Part shown: piece by piece, positions 1 through 8,037 of the stretch | Layout: the number at the start of each line of letters is the position of its first letter | Position numbering within the stretch: position 1 is the stretch's first letter | Source: a virus | Lineage: Duplodnaviria > Heunggongvirae > Uroviricota > Caudoviricetes | Strand: one strand, 5' to 3' | IMG/VR virus record: IMGVR_UViG_2675903562_000009 | Length of the DNA: 22,290 nucleotides | Notes under the pieces: generated by a model | Databases searched by the model: none | Seen by the model: only the letters and a program-made list of their open reading frames with translations | What the model was told of the DNA's origin: nothing | Program-made: the position numbers and the translations under genes

Positions 1-1980
1 TGAGATAATCGGGGCATCAGGATTTTTTCCCATGGTTTCGAGGTCGATCATTAGATGGCCACACGTCCTGCTGGTGGATGTGATTTCGTGATGACCGTTC
101 ACCTTAATTGAGTGATCTGCCGCCTCGCCAGTTGCATTATCGCTGGCGTGGTCCTGAGCGCTGCCAGCATTCTCCTTGTGTGGATGTTCAGCGCCTTCCA
201 TTTCCTCCGGATCGTTTTCCTGAACTTCAACCTGATTCTCTTCATCGAATGTTTCCTGGTATGTTGCGTCGCCCATCACCGCGCCACAATCAGGGCAGTT
301 GCCGCCACCGCTCTGACCACAGGCGGTGCAGGCTTTTTCCGGTTCCTGTTGCGCTACTGGTTCAGGTTGTTTCGTTTCTGGCTCGTTTTGTTGCGTATTT
401 GGGCTGTTTTGTTCCGCTTTCTGGTCGTTCTGTTCCGTTTCTTGCTGGTTCTGGTTCACAGAATCGCGGGTTTCAATCCCCTTCACCCATTTCGGATCAT
501 TCGGGTCGCTAATCCCTTCAATAAATTCACCACGTGATGCAGCAAGCAACTTATCGGCGTCAGGCTGGCTGATATTGGCTGCCTGCATAATTTTGTTTAC
601 TTCGTCAGCGGTAACTTTTACCGGTTCTGGCTGTGCGGTCGTGTCAGATGCACCAGTATTTTGTTGTGAACCTGAGCATGTACTGTTTTTGCGGGCGAAA
701 TATTCTTCTTTCGTGATTTCAGTAGCCCCGGCAGCCAGCGCCTTATCCAGACCAGAAAGTTTGTTTGCGCGACCGTATTTTTCGCCATCCTTGTCGGTGA
801 AGAGGAAGTAGAACGGCCCCTCACGCTCTACAGATGGTTCGACTTCCACTTTGCATTCGGTTTTTTCGTTGTCCGGAATTGCCGTTTCCACTGCATCAGT
901 TTCTGGTACTGGCGACGAGAGAGTATCAGTTGCGCTCTGATTTGTTCCTTCATCTTCAAACACGCCCTTTGTAGTCAGGTATTCAGTAATGTATTTGTTC
1001 AGTGCCACAGGGTCTTTGTGAATGTCGATCGGACGTTCACGAACAAGGCCAAAAATAGTCTGGCGGTCGTAGCGAAGGGTATCAGGCTGTTTGCGCATTG
1101 ATGCCGAGATACGCTTCCAGTCTTCGCGGTCGTTGTTGATAACTTCATTTTTTGCCCAGCGATGGATGCTGCCGTCAATGTTTCCGGCATCAATGTCACC
1201 AGGCCACAGAGCGTAGGCCAGTTCATCATCCAGTGTTTTCCATGTCTGCTTGTATTCGCGATGAGTGGCAGCAATGGCCGGGTTGATTTTTCCTGTTGAA
1301 TTTTCAGTGTTCTGTTGATTGGCTCTGGCGCGGGCGAGATCAACAACAGACGTGTATTTTCCGGTTTCCTTGCGTTCACCTTCGCGACGTTTTTTCCAGA
1401 TGCGCATCTCTGCCTGAATTTCGGGCCATTTGGCACCAGGCTTACATTTATGCTTAACCCACCCGATGGCATGCAGCTTAAGCTCCGGATACATGGCGTT
1501 AACTTCTGGCATTTTCATCAACGCTTCAACGATATGTCCGTCGAATGTTGCCATGTCTTCCTGCAACAATTCCTGCGCGCTAATCACCATATCAACGGTG
1601 ATATTTTCACATGTGTCGAACTTAACCATGACAGCGTTCTGTACTTCAGGGGCCAGCTTGTCAAAAGTGACGTTCATCGGATCTGATTCAGTCTCAACCG
1701 GGACAAAGGAAGCAGACTCCTCATCCCAGCGGTTTTCCTGCATATATTCGGTATCCCAGGAGTCGATAGCAGGGCGGGGTATACCGGGTTTATCCTCGCA
1801 AACAAGAAATTTATAAGCGCAGTCCTGAGCAGCCGGATAATGTTCCAGGAATTGCCAGTGAAATTTTGCGCGGGCGCGACGTTCATCACCAGCTTCAATG
1901 GCAGTGGCTACAGCGACTGCACCTTCTTCCTTTATTGCCTGTTCGTCCGGAATGGCGGCGCAAATAAAGACTTTACTCAT
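1..1980 (-). CDS. recE: RecE-family (exodeoxyribonuclease VIII-like) protein, 3' end beyond window start
   Basis: Minus-strand ORF from ATG at 1980-1978, hand-translated with no stop to position 1 (660 codons). It is absent from the ORF track, apparently because it has no in-window stop. The stretch KLLAASRGEFIEGISDPNDPKWVKGI...CPDCGAVMGDATYQETFDE...DPEEMEGAEHPH matches the central linker of E. coli RecE as I remember it; the N-terminal ~400 aa do not. Overlapping plus-strand ORFs 108-811 are antisense artefacts. Confidence 0.7.
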   Translation of the reverse strand, partial: MSKVFICAAIPDEQAIKEEGAVAVATAIEAGDERRARAKFHWQFLEHYPAAQDCAYKFLVCEDKPGIPRPAIDSWDTEYMQENRWDEESASFVPVETESDPMNVTFDKLAPEVQNAVMVKFDTCENITVDMVISAQELLQEDMATFDGHIVEALMKMPEVNAMYPELKLHAIGWVKHKCKPGAKWPEIQAEMRIWKKRREGERKETGKYTSVVDLARARANQQNTENSTGKINPAIAATHREYKQTWKTLDDELAYALWPGDIDAGNIDGSIHRWAKNEVINNDREDWKRISASMRKQPDTLRYDRQTIFGLVRERPIDIHKDPVALNKYITEYLTTKGVFEDEGTNQSATDTLSSPVPETDAVETAIPDNEKTECKVEVEPSVEREGPFYFLFTDKDGEKYGRANKLSGLDKALAAGATEITKEEYFARKNSTCSGSQQNTGASDTTAQPEPVKVTADEVNKIMQAANISQPDADKLLAASRGEFIEGISDPNDPKWVKGIETRDSVNQNQQETEQNDQKAEQNSPNTQQNEPETKQPEPVAQQEPEKACTACGQSGGGNCPDCGAVMGDATYQETFDEENQVEVQENDPEEMEGAEHPHKENAGSAQDHASDNATGEAADHSIKVNGHHEITSTSRTCGHLMIDLETMGKNPDAPIIS

Positions 1981-2060
1981 TTTGTTTTAACCTCATTACA
2001 GATTTAAGGATGAACAAATCCCTGCCATTGCTGGCATATAAAAATGAAACCGGATATTAA

Positions 2061-2264
2061 TTACGGTGCTGTTTTAAGTCCTGCCGGGATTTCGTTATTA
2101 TCCTGGTGAATAACTTTATCGACCGGATAACAGTTACCGGGAATTTTCTGCTCCACTGCGGCAACCATGCATTCTTTCATTGAGCCGTATACGCCAGTAA
2201 CCATGTCAACCGGTTCACCGGAAACAAGAAAAACCGTCAGAACAAGTGCAAATGTGATATTCAT
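2061..2264 (-). CDS. Small hypothetical early-left protein (67 aa) with hydrophobic N-terminus
   Basis: ORF-track ORF 2061..2318 trimmed to the internal ATG (MNITFALVLTVFLVSGEP...), which has an AAGGA Shine-Dalgarno about 9 nt upstream. Start overlaps the upstream gene in ATGA fashion. Confidence 0.5.
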   Translation of the reverse strand: MNITFALVLTVFLVSGEPVDMVTGVYGSMKECMVAAVEQKIPGNCYPVDKVIHQDNNEIPAGLKTAP

Positions 2265-2449
2265 TGCCAGTATCCTTTTTGCATCAGACGTAAACGGGCC
2301 AGCATCGAAACAATGCATATTTGATTTAATAACTCCCGTTCGTGTTTTCTCTTATTAATGGCATCTTCAGTAAATACTGGATTACTGATTTTGACACCAA
2401 TTTCAAAACAACCTTCAGACGTATTAACGTTTGGTAATAACGTTTTCAT
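2261..2449 (-). CDS. Small hypothetical protein (62 aa) in the kil position of the leftward operon
   Basis: ORF 2261..2548 trimmed to ATG at 2449 (MKTLLPNVNTSEGCFEIGVK...), preceded by a GAGGGTG SD. Position between the pL-proximal genes and recE corresponds to kil/racC-type genes; identity not established. Confidence 0.5.
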   Translation of the reverse strand: MKTLLPNVNTSEGCFEIGVKISNPVFTEDAINKRKHERELLNQICIVSMLARLRLMQKGYWQ

Positions 2450-3000
2450 TATCGCACCCTCAACAATGAATTTTGTGATGCGGTGCCTGGTGCCTCCAGG
2501 TGACGTTAACCAGTTAACAATTAACGCCGGATACAGAACCCCACCCATAACTTGGTTTTAACTGTTCCGCGTGCGCTTAGCCGCATTCACCGCATCACAA
2601 AATTCACTTTAAAAAGGACGGCAGAGCAGTCACGGAGTAAAACTGATACCGCCAAACGCCACCAGAAAATTGATAACAGAGGGCGTTGCAGCGGGGTTGT
2701 CACTTAAGCGCATGGTCAACCTGACAACCCGGTGTCTCAATGGGGGAGGAATAACCCCGCCATACTTACCGCCGCGCCATTTCGCGGAGTGCCACAACCG
2801 GAAGCGCACGGTCGACGAAAATTTAACGACAGGCTATCTATGAACCAACTACCTCGCCGTGCGCTTTCGCGTTATGCCCTGACTTTTCAGGAAAATGCCC
2901 TTTCAGTAAACTGTCAGTGCCGGATGCTCACCCGTGTCCGGCGCACGCACTCCACCTCACCCGTGGAGAACCCCTTAATTACCAACCCTCAGGAGGGTGA

Positions 3001-3223
3001 AATGACTAGTAAAAATGTAAATATCCAGTTTAACCACGATGTTTCTCCTGCTGGACTTGCGGATGATCTCACCGCTATAAAAACGGCAATTATGCTACTT
3101 GCTGCTAAGTTGCCTGCGTCATCAAAGCCAGCGGAAATTTGTGACTCATTGCGTAAGATGAATTCAACAAAATGCAATGAGATGGCATCACTTATTGAAA
3201 GTGCAATTGATTTTAATGATTAA
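3001..3223 (+). CDS. Hypothetical protein (73 aa) encoded opposite to the leftward operon
   Basis: ATG at 3001 preceded by a strong SD (GGAGGGTGAA). The long form of the track ORF (2732..3223) has an Arg/Pro-rich, non-protein-like N-terminal part and is not adopted. Confidence 0.45.
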
Positions 3224-3587
3224 TCGAAATTTCATGGCTAACTGTAACCCTCCCATCTGTGGCGGGATGGTTTAAATCGCTGGGATTAATGCCGCACTCA
3301 GTAAAATGGTTCTTAAGGGGTTCTATCCGAATCCCTTTCTTTTTCATTAACAAGCCAAACCCCTTATCAATGATATCCATTAATTCCAGGAAGTATTTTT
3401 CATGTAAATCCTGGCTATCAGAGAGCCGCTTCTCTTCGTACAGACCGATAAAGGCACGACGCACGTTACCGGATATAGTATCGATGGTTTCTTTTTCTAC
3501 GGTACTCAGGTCAAGAGTCGCCAGTTGGAAACGAACTATATTCGCTGCCATTTCCTGGAATTGCATTGGTAAATCTTTAAATTCCAT
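3213..3587 (-). CDS. Hypothetical early-left protein (124 aa)
   Basis: Track ORF with protein-like composition (E/K/D/L rich) and a GAGG SD upstream of the ATG at 3587; the overlapping plus-strand ORF 3259..3606 is S/R/F-rich and looks antisense. Confidence 0.55.
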   Translation of the reverse strand: MEFKDLPMQFQEMAANIVRFQLATLDLSTVEKETIDTISGNVRRAFIGLYEEKRLSDSQDLHEKYFLELMDIIDKGFGLLMKKKGIRIEPLKNHFTECGINPSDLNHPATDGRVTVSHEISINH

Positions 3588-3609
3588 TATTAGCCTCGTT
3601 GGTTAGCTA

Positions 3610-3828
3610 TTAACGTGGGTATGTAATCATTCTGGCAATGCTTAATGCCGCTGCTTTTTCCAGCCTGGTGATATCCTGCTCCAGAGCGGACAGATTTTCA
3701 GCCTGCTTAGCCCTGGCTTCATTGGCCCATTTCAGATCCTGCGCTGCATTAATTTTCTGGCGCATCCACTCATAAAGTTCATCATCGGTATAGTCTGGCG
3801 CGATGATGACGGGTTCTCGTTTCTGCAT
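3610..3828 (-). CDS. Hypothetical protein (72 aa), first gene downstream of the putative pL
   Basis: Track ORF; GAGGA SD about 6 nt upstream of the ATG at 3828; charged, helix-prone composition. Confidence 0.55.
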   Translation of the reverse strand: MQKREPVIIAPDYTDDELYEWMRQKINAAQDLKWANEARAKQAENLSALEQDITRLEKAAALSIARMITYPR

Positions 3829-4013
3829 ACTGATTCCTCGCGGTGCTGTTTCCCCTTAACGCCGGGGTGGCGGAACAAAAACCTGCTGCATAGTTATTAA
3901 AGTTGAACCCTGCCGTCATGTTCTTACGCCTCGGGCTGGCTACTTACCCCCTGACCACTGCCTGGTAACTCGAAGTATTGCCCTGCATTCTGTGGGGCGG
4001 GGTGGGTTGGTAT

Positions 4014-4048
4014 GTTGTTAAGGTAACAAGTGTTACCTTTCGAGTCAA
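4014..4048 (-). promoter_or_regulatory. Putative OL/pL: operator GGTAACAAGTGTTACC with leftward promoter-like hexamers
   Basis: Inverted repeat GTAAC-N4-GTTAC at 4023-4036, the same motif as the two sites between cI and cro. On the minus strand a TTGACT -35-like hexamer (plus 4043-4048) lies 17 bp from a weak -10 (TACCTT) that overlaps the operator. Confidence 0.4.
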
Positions 4049-4077
4049 TGCAATGTTGCAAAAAGTACATTTGAGGG

Positions 4078-4106
4078 CGTGAAAAACCCGCAATGAATGC
4101 GGGTTA
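4078..4106 (-). terminator. Rho-independent terminator downstream of cI
   Basis: Minus-strand hairpin AACCCGCA / loop TTCAT / TGCGGGTT followed by TTTTT, immediately after the cI stop codon at 4111. Confidence 0.7.
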
Positions 4107-4110
4107 TGAC

Positions 4111-4785
4111 TCAGTCTAAGTATTGATGTATTTGTGAAACTTTACCTTTAATGGTGTAACCACCATTCAGTTCGATGGGTTTGTAAAGCGGATTCAGTGA
4201 CAACAGATAGATGTTTGGTCCGTCAATCGCAACTTTTTTTAGTGTTACGTTTGGCGTTCCTTCCAATTGGATTAAGATTATTTTTCCCACCAGTTCTCTA
4301 ATGTTACTTGAGCATGGTGTGATCAGCACGGTAGATCCGTCGGGGATGGTTGGGAGGCCGTTAGAGTTTGTCATCGCATCTCCCTCAACATGCAATAAAA
4401 AAGAGTTTTCAGCGGTTTTTGTCATGACATCAACCCAATTCTTAATACCAGGAATCTCGGTTACTGGACAACTCATATCCCAATAACCAGCCTGTTCCCA
4501 CGTTAAAACGGGCAACCGGGCGATGTTGTCACTAATGTAAAGGTACTGATTCAGACGCAGATCATCGGTTTTATCGTGACCGTCCTTTCCATAAAGAATC
4601 CATTCAGGAGATTTGGAAAGCAATTTTGACAGTAGATGCAAATTCTCACCGTCAGGTTTTGAAGAGCCATTTTCCCATTTTGTTACGGATACACGAGATA
4701 TGCCGATTGCTTTCGCAACCTGCTGTTGGGTTAATCCAACGTCTTTTCGACGATTCCGAATACGTTCGCTGATAGTGTTTTTCAT
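4111..4785 (-). CDS. cI: CI-type prophage repressor (XRE-family HTH N-terminal domain, S24/LexA-like C-terminal domain with Ala at the nucleophile position)
   Basis: HTH segment LTQQQVAKAIGISRVSVTKWENG; C-terminal domain has the LexA/CI-like VEGDAMT motif and a downstream LKK lysine. Start placed at ATG 4785 (MKNTISERIRN...), where the operator abuts the start codon with no SD (leaderless-like); the track ORF extends to a TTG at 4884, and 4827 is an alternative ATG. Confidence 0.85.
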   Translation of the reverse strand: MKNTISERIRNRRKDVGLTQQQVAKAIGISRVSVTKWENGSSKPDGENLHLLSKLLSKSPEWILYGKDGHDKTDDLRLNQYLYISDNIARLPVLTWEQAGYWDMSCPVTEIPGIKNWVDVMTKTAENSFLLHVEGDAMTNSNGLPTIPDGSTVLITPCSSNIRELVGKIILIQLEGTPNVTLKKVAIDGPNIYLLSLNPLYKPIELNGGYTIKGKVSQIHQYLD

Positions 4786-4860
4786 GTAACCAATGTTACT
4801 ACCAAGTGATGTTGCTATGGTTGACATTGTAATGTAACTATTGTTACCCTCCTGCTCGAA
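4786..4860. promoter_or_regulatory. OR-like divergent control region between cI and cro, with repeated GTAAC-N4-GTTAC operators
   Basis: GTAACCAATGTTAC at 4786-4799 and GTAACTATTGTTAC at 4834-4847, centres 48 bp apart, with a degenerate candidate (GTTGCTATGGTTGA) midway giving about 24-bp spacing. TTGACA hexamer at 4821-4826. Confidence 0.6.
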
Positions 4861-4876
4861 ATAACAGGAGAGTTTT

Positions 4877-5092
4877 ATGTTCAAAGATGATGTTCTGCGC
4901 TATTTCAAAAAAAAGCGACTAGTAGCTGAGGCTCTTGGAATTTCACATGTGGCTGTTGTGCGGTGGAAAGCAGTTATTCCCAAACTTCGCGCAATGGAAC
5001 TGGATGAAATTACTAACGGTGAATTGAAATACAACCCAGAACTTTACAAGAAGCAGGATAGCACCTCGAACGAAGGAAAGAATGATTCATGA
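4877..5092 (+). CDS. cro: Cro-type repressor (P22 Cro-like)
   Basis: 71-aa ORF with GGAGAG SD; MFKDDVLRYFKKKRLVAEALGISHVAVVRWKAVIP resembles P22 Cro as remembered; divergent from cI across the operator region. Confidence 0.8.
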   Translation: MFKDDVLRYFKKKRLVAEALGISHVAVVRWKAVIPKLRAMELDEITNGELKYNPELYKKQDSTSNEGKNDS

Positions 5093-5514
5093 AAATCAAG
5101 CATGAACACATCCGCATGGCGATGAATGCCTGGGCGCGTCCTGATGGCGAAAAAGTTCCAGCAGCTGGAATAACCCAGGCTTATTTTGAGTTGGGTATGA
5201 CGTTCCCAGAACTGTATGACGACAGCCATCCGGAAGCCCTGGCTCGTAATACCCAGAAAATTTTCCGCTGGGTAGAGAAAGACACCCCTGATGCAGTTGA
5301 AAAAATTCAGGCGTTGTTACCAGCGATCGAAAAGGCAATGCCACCTTTGCTGGTGGCCAGAATGCGCAGCCACAGTTCAGCTTATTTTCGGGAGCTGGTG
5401 GAGACGCGGGAACGACTGGTGAGAGACGCTGATGATTTTGTCGCAGTGGCGATCGCTGGTTTCAATCAGATGAATCGTGGTGGCCCGGCAGGAAATGCCT
5501 TGGTGATGCACTAA
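5089..5514 (+). CDS. YdaT-family protein (CII-like regulator, sometimes annotated as a toxin)
   Basis: 141-aa ORF overlapping the cro stop (ATGA), AAGGAAAG SD; the N-terminus MKIKHEHI matches what I recall of Rac YdaT; occupies the cII position. Confidence 0.65.
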   Translation: MKIKHEHIRMAMNAWARPDGEKVPAAGITQAYFELGMTFPELYDDSHPEALARNTQKIFRWVEKDTPDAVEKIQALLPAIEKAMPPLLVARMRSHSSAYFRELVETRERLVRDADDFVAVAIAGFNQMNRGGPAGNALVMH

Positions 5515-5537
5515 AAGCACGGTGTTCGGAGTTTTTT

Positions 5538-6485
5538 ATGAGCAGCAAGCTTCATGGTCTTGTCTGGGAAGGGTGTGCCTTCACCGGCATGATCTTATCC
5601 AGGGTGGCAGTTATGGCTCGCCTTGCAGATTACAGCAATGACGAAGGTGTGTCATGGCCTGCAGTGGAGACCATTCGTCGTCAGATTGGGGCAAAGAGTG
5701 AATCAACGGTTAAAGCTGCGATAGCAGAACTGGAAAAGAACGGCTGGCTGACGAAGGAGGAACGTAAGGTCGGTGGGCGTAATGAAAGCAATATCTACCG
5801 TCTTAATGTGGAAAAACTCGAAGCAGCAGCAGCGGCGGCGCGTGAGGCATATAAACCGAAAAGAAAAATTAGCCAGGCAAAAAATGACCCGTCAAATATT
5901 GCCCCCTCAACGGTTAACCCATCAAATTTTGATGGATCAACCGTTGATAAAAAACAGTCGGATAGGGGGGCGATGGTTGGCCCCGATCCGTCAGTATTAA
6001 AACCTGATCCGTCAGATAAAAGATCTTTTCGTCCGGAAGCTTCGCAACCGGACATGCAGACGGCTGAACAGGATTTTTTAACCCGACACCCTGACGCGGT
6101 TGTGTTCAGTGCGAAAAAACGCCAGTGGGGTAGCCAGGAAGATTTAGCGTGTGCGCAGTGGATCTGGGGGCGAATCGTGAGTCTTTACGAGCAGGCCGCC
6201 AGCGATGATGGCGAGATTTCGCGACCGAAAGAACCCAACTGGACCGCATGGGCCAACGACGTGCGCACAATGCGGATGCTGGATGGCAGAACTCACAGAC
6301 AAATTTGTGAAATGTTTGGTCGGGTGCAGCGGGATCCATTTTGGGTAAAAAATATCATGAGTCCGTCAAAGCTTCGCGAAAAATGGGATGAACTGGTTAT
6401 CCGCCTGGGGCGTTCGTCTGTACAGCGTTGTGTGAATCATATTTCTGAGCCGGATACCGAAATTCCGCCGGGATTCAGGGGGTGA
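5538..6485 (+). CDS. Replication initiation/organiser protein (O-like: winged-HTH N-terminus, DnaT-like C-terminus)
   Basis: 315-aa ORF with GGAG SD; positioned immediately upstream of the DnaC-like gene; its linker-coding region contains iteron-like direct repeats. Confidence 0.75.
   Translation: MSSKLHGLVWEGCAFTGMILSRVAVMARLADYSNDEGVSWPAVETIRRQIGAKSESTVKAAIAELEKNGWLTKEERKVGGRNESNIYRLNVEKLEAAAAAAREAYKPKRKISQAKNDPSNIAPSTVNPSNFDGSTVDKKQSDRGAMVGPDPSVLKPDPSDKRSFRPEASQPDMQTAEQDFLTRHPDAVVFSAKKRQWGSQEDLACAQWIWGRIVSLYEQAASDDGEISRPKEPNWTAWANDVRTMRMLDGRTHRQICEMFGRVQRDPFWVKNIMSPSKLREKWDELVIRLGRSSVQRCVNHISEPDTEIPPGFRG
5885..6020. repeat. Iteron-like direct repeats inside the replication-initiator gene (candidate origin)
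   Basis: CCGTCAAATATT (5888), CCATCAAATTTT (5918), GATCCGTCAGTATT (5985) and GATCCGTCAGATAA (6006), with the palindrome ATCAAATTTTGAT and AT-rich spacers; lambdoid origins characteristically lie inside the O gene. Confidence 0.5.
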
Positions 6486-6491
6486 CGTGTC

Positions 6492-7238
6492 ATGAAAAAC
6501 ATTGCGGCAGGTGGTGTTCTTGAGCGTATCCGTAAGCTGGCCCCACAGCATGTAATCGCGCCGTACCGGACAGTGGACGAGTGGCGCGAGTGGCAACTAG
6601 CAGAAGGGCGAAAACGTAGCGAGGAAATCAACCGCCAGAATCGCCAGTTGCGGGTGGAAAAAATCCTGAATCGTTCGGGCATCCAGCCTCTGCACAGCAA
6701 ATGCTCGTTTGCGAATTATCAGGTGCAGAATGACGGGCAAAAACACGCGCTGAGCCAGGCAAAATCCATCGCTGACGAACTGATGACCGGGTGCACGAAT
6801 TTTGTGTTCAGCGGTAAGCCGGGTACCGGAAAGAACCACCTTGCAGCCGCCATTGGTAATCATCTTCTGGCGAAAGGTCGCAGCGTGATTGTGATAACGG
6901 TGGCTGATGTGATGCTGGCGTTACACAACAGCTACGACAACAAAAACTCAGGCGAAAAATTTTTACAGGGGTTGTGTGATGTTGACCTGCTTGTCCTGGA
7001 TGAAATCGGAATGCAGCGGGATACGCGCAACGAGCAGGTCACGCTGAACCAGATAGTCGACCGCAGAACGGCTTCGATGCGCAGTGTCGGAATGCTGACA
7101 AACCTGAACCACGTAGCGATGAGTACGCTTCTTGGTGAGCGTGTAATGGACCGCATGGTCATGAACGGTGGTCGCTGGGTGAATTTTAACTGGGAGAGCT
7201 GGCGTTCGAATGTCAGGCACCTGAGGGTTGTGAAGTAA
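6492..7238 (+). CDS. DnaC-like helicase loader (AAA+ ATPase, IstB/DnaC family)
   Basis: 248 aa; Walker A FSGKPGTGKNHLAAAIG; strong end-to-end resemblance to E. coli DnaC as remembered (NRSGI.PLH..CSF.NY, LLVLDEIG, TNLN, LGERVMDRM). Confidence 0.9.
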   Translation: MKNIAAGGVLERIRKLAPQHVIAPYRTVDEWREWQLAEGRKRSEEINRQNRQLRVEKILNRSGIQPLHSKCSFANYQVQNDGQKHALSQAKSIADELMTGCTNFVFSGKPGTGKNHLAAAIGNHLLAKGRSVIVITVADVMLALHNSYDNKNSGEKFLQGLCDVDLLVLDEIGMQRDTRNEQVTLNQIVDRRTASMRSVGMLTNLNHVAMSTLLGERVMDRMVMNGGRWVNFNWESWRSNVRHLRVVK

Positions 7239-7259
7239 TTTTGTCCGGAGGAAATTTTA

Positions 7260-8021
7260 ATGGAAACCGTTTTTGACGCACTGAAAGCAATGGGAAAAGC
7301 CACATCCATAGAACTTGCTGCGCGACTTGATATCAGTCGTGAAGAAGTGCTGAACGAACTATGGGAACTGAAAAAGGCTGGTTTCGTTGATAAAAGCGCG
7401 TACACCTGGCGTGTGGCTGATAACAACGTTCAGCAGGAACAGCCAGCGCAGGCAGAACTGCCGGAAGAAACCTCCACGGCGACAGTAGCGAAAATCTCAG
7501 AGTGCGATTTAACCGCGACGATTGAACAACACGGACCACAAACGGCTGATGAGCTGGCTACATTGTTTGGTACCACATCACGCAAAGTGGCTTCAACGCT
7601 GGCAATGGCAATCAGCAAAGGACGCCTGATTCGTGCAAATCAGGACGGTAAATTTCGTTACTGCATGCCGGGCGATAATTTACCAGCAGAGCCGAAAGCA
7701 GCATCGGTAGCGGAAACTGATGGTAAAGCCTTTCCTCAGCCTGCATGTGTTGCGTTACCAGTACAGGAGGCTGCAACACAGGAAGATATTAAAACAGAAA
7801 CTGTGGCGGACATTGTGCAGTCGCTGCCATCGTTTACTGAAACGCGAGCGGATGACCTGGTTTTACCATCGCTGCATATGGCAAACCGCGAACTGCGTCG
7901 GGCGAAAAGTCATGCCCAGAAGTGGGAACGAGTCTGCGCCGCGCTGCGGGAGCTGAACAAGCACCGGGATATTGTTCGACATATTTTCGATTCCTCCAGT
8001 CATATTGTGTCGGAAAAGTGA
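7260..8021 (+). CDS. Hypothetical phage protein with two winged-helix-like segments
   Basis: 253-aa ORF with GGAGG SD; two HTH-like stretches ([28 protein letters not shown] and [30 protein letters not shown]). Confidence 0.65.
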   Translation: METVFDALKAMGKATSIELAARLDISREEVLNELWELKKAGFVDKSAYTWRVADNNVQQEQPAQAELPEETSTATVAKISECDLTATIEQHGPQTADELATLFGTTSRKVASTLAMAISKGRLIRANQDGKFRYCMPGDNLPAEPKAASVAETDGKAFPQPACVALPVQEAATQEDIKTETVADIVQSLPSFTETRADDLVLPSLHMANRELRRAKSHAQKWERVCAALRELNKHRDIVRHIFDSSSHIVSEK

Positions 8022-8037
8022 TTCCTGGGGAGGGCTT

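Noticed and set aside
108-811. Three overlapping plus-strand ORFs (108..512, 112..537, 326..811)
   Set aside because: They lie antisense to the hand-verified minus-strand RecE-like reading frame, which is continuous from 1980 to 1; their products are low-complexity (R/S/F/L-rich), produced by the Q/E/N-rich linker repeats on the other strand.
618-1898. Minus-strand track ORFs 618..824, 999..1472, 1674..1898 and plus-strand ORFs 1315..1686, 1430..1816
   Set aside because: All are in alternative frames within the RecE-like gene; the real frame has no in-window stop, which is why it is missing from the track.
2732-3223. Long form (163 aa) of the plus-strand ORF
   Set aside because: The first 90 residues are Arg/Pro-rich and non-protein-like and lack an SD; the ATG at 3001 with a GGAGGG SD is the credible start.
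4211-4486. Plus-strand ORF antisense to cI
   Set aside because: It overlaps the well-supported repressor gene and has no SD or recognisable domain.
5773-6055. ORFs 5773..6000 (+) and 5795..6055 (-) inside the replication gene
   Set aside because: Alternative-frame artefacts in the repeat-rich (iteron) part of the initiator gene.
6597-7618. Minus-strand ORFs overlapping the DnaC-like gene and the 7260 gene
   Set aside because: Antisense to genes with strong homology or SD support; S/R-rich products.
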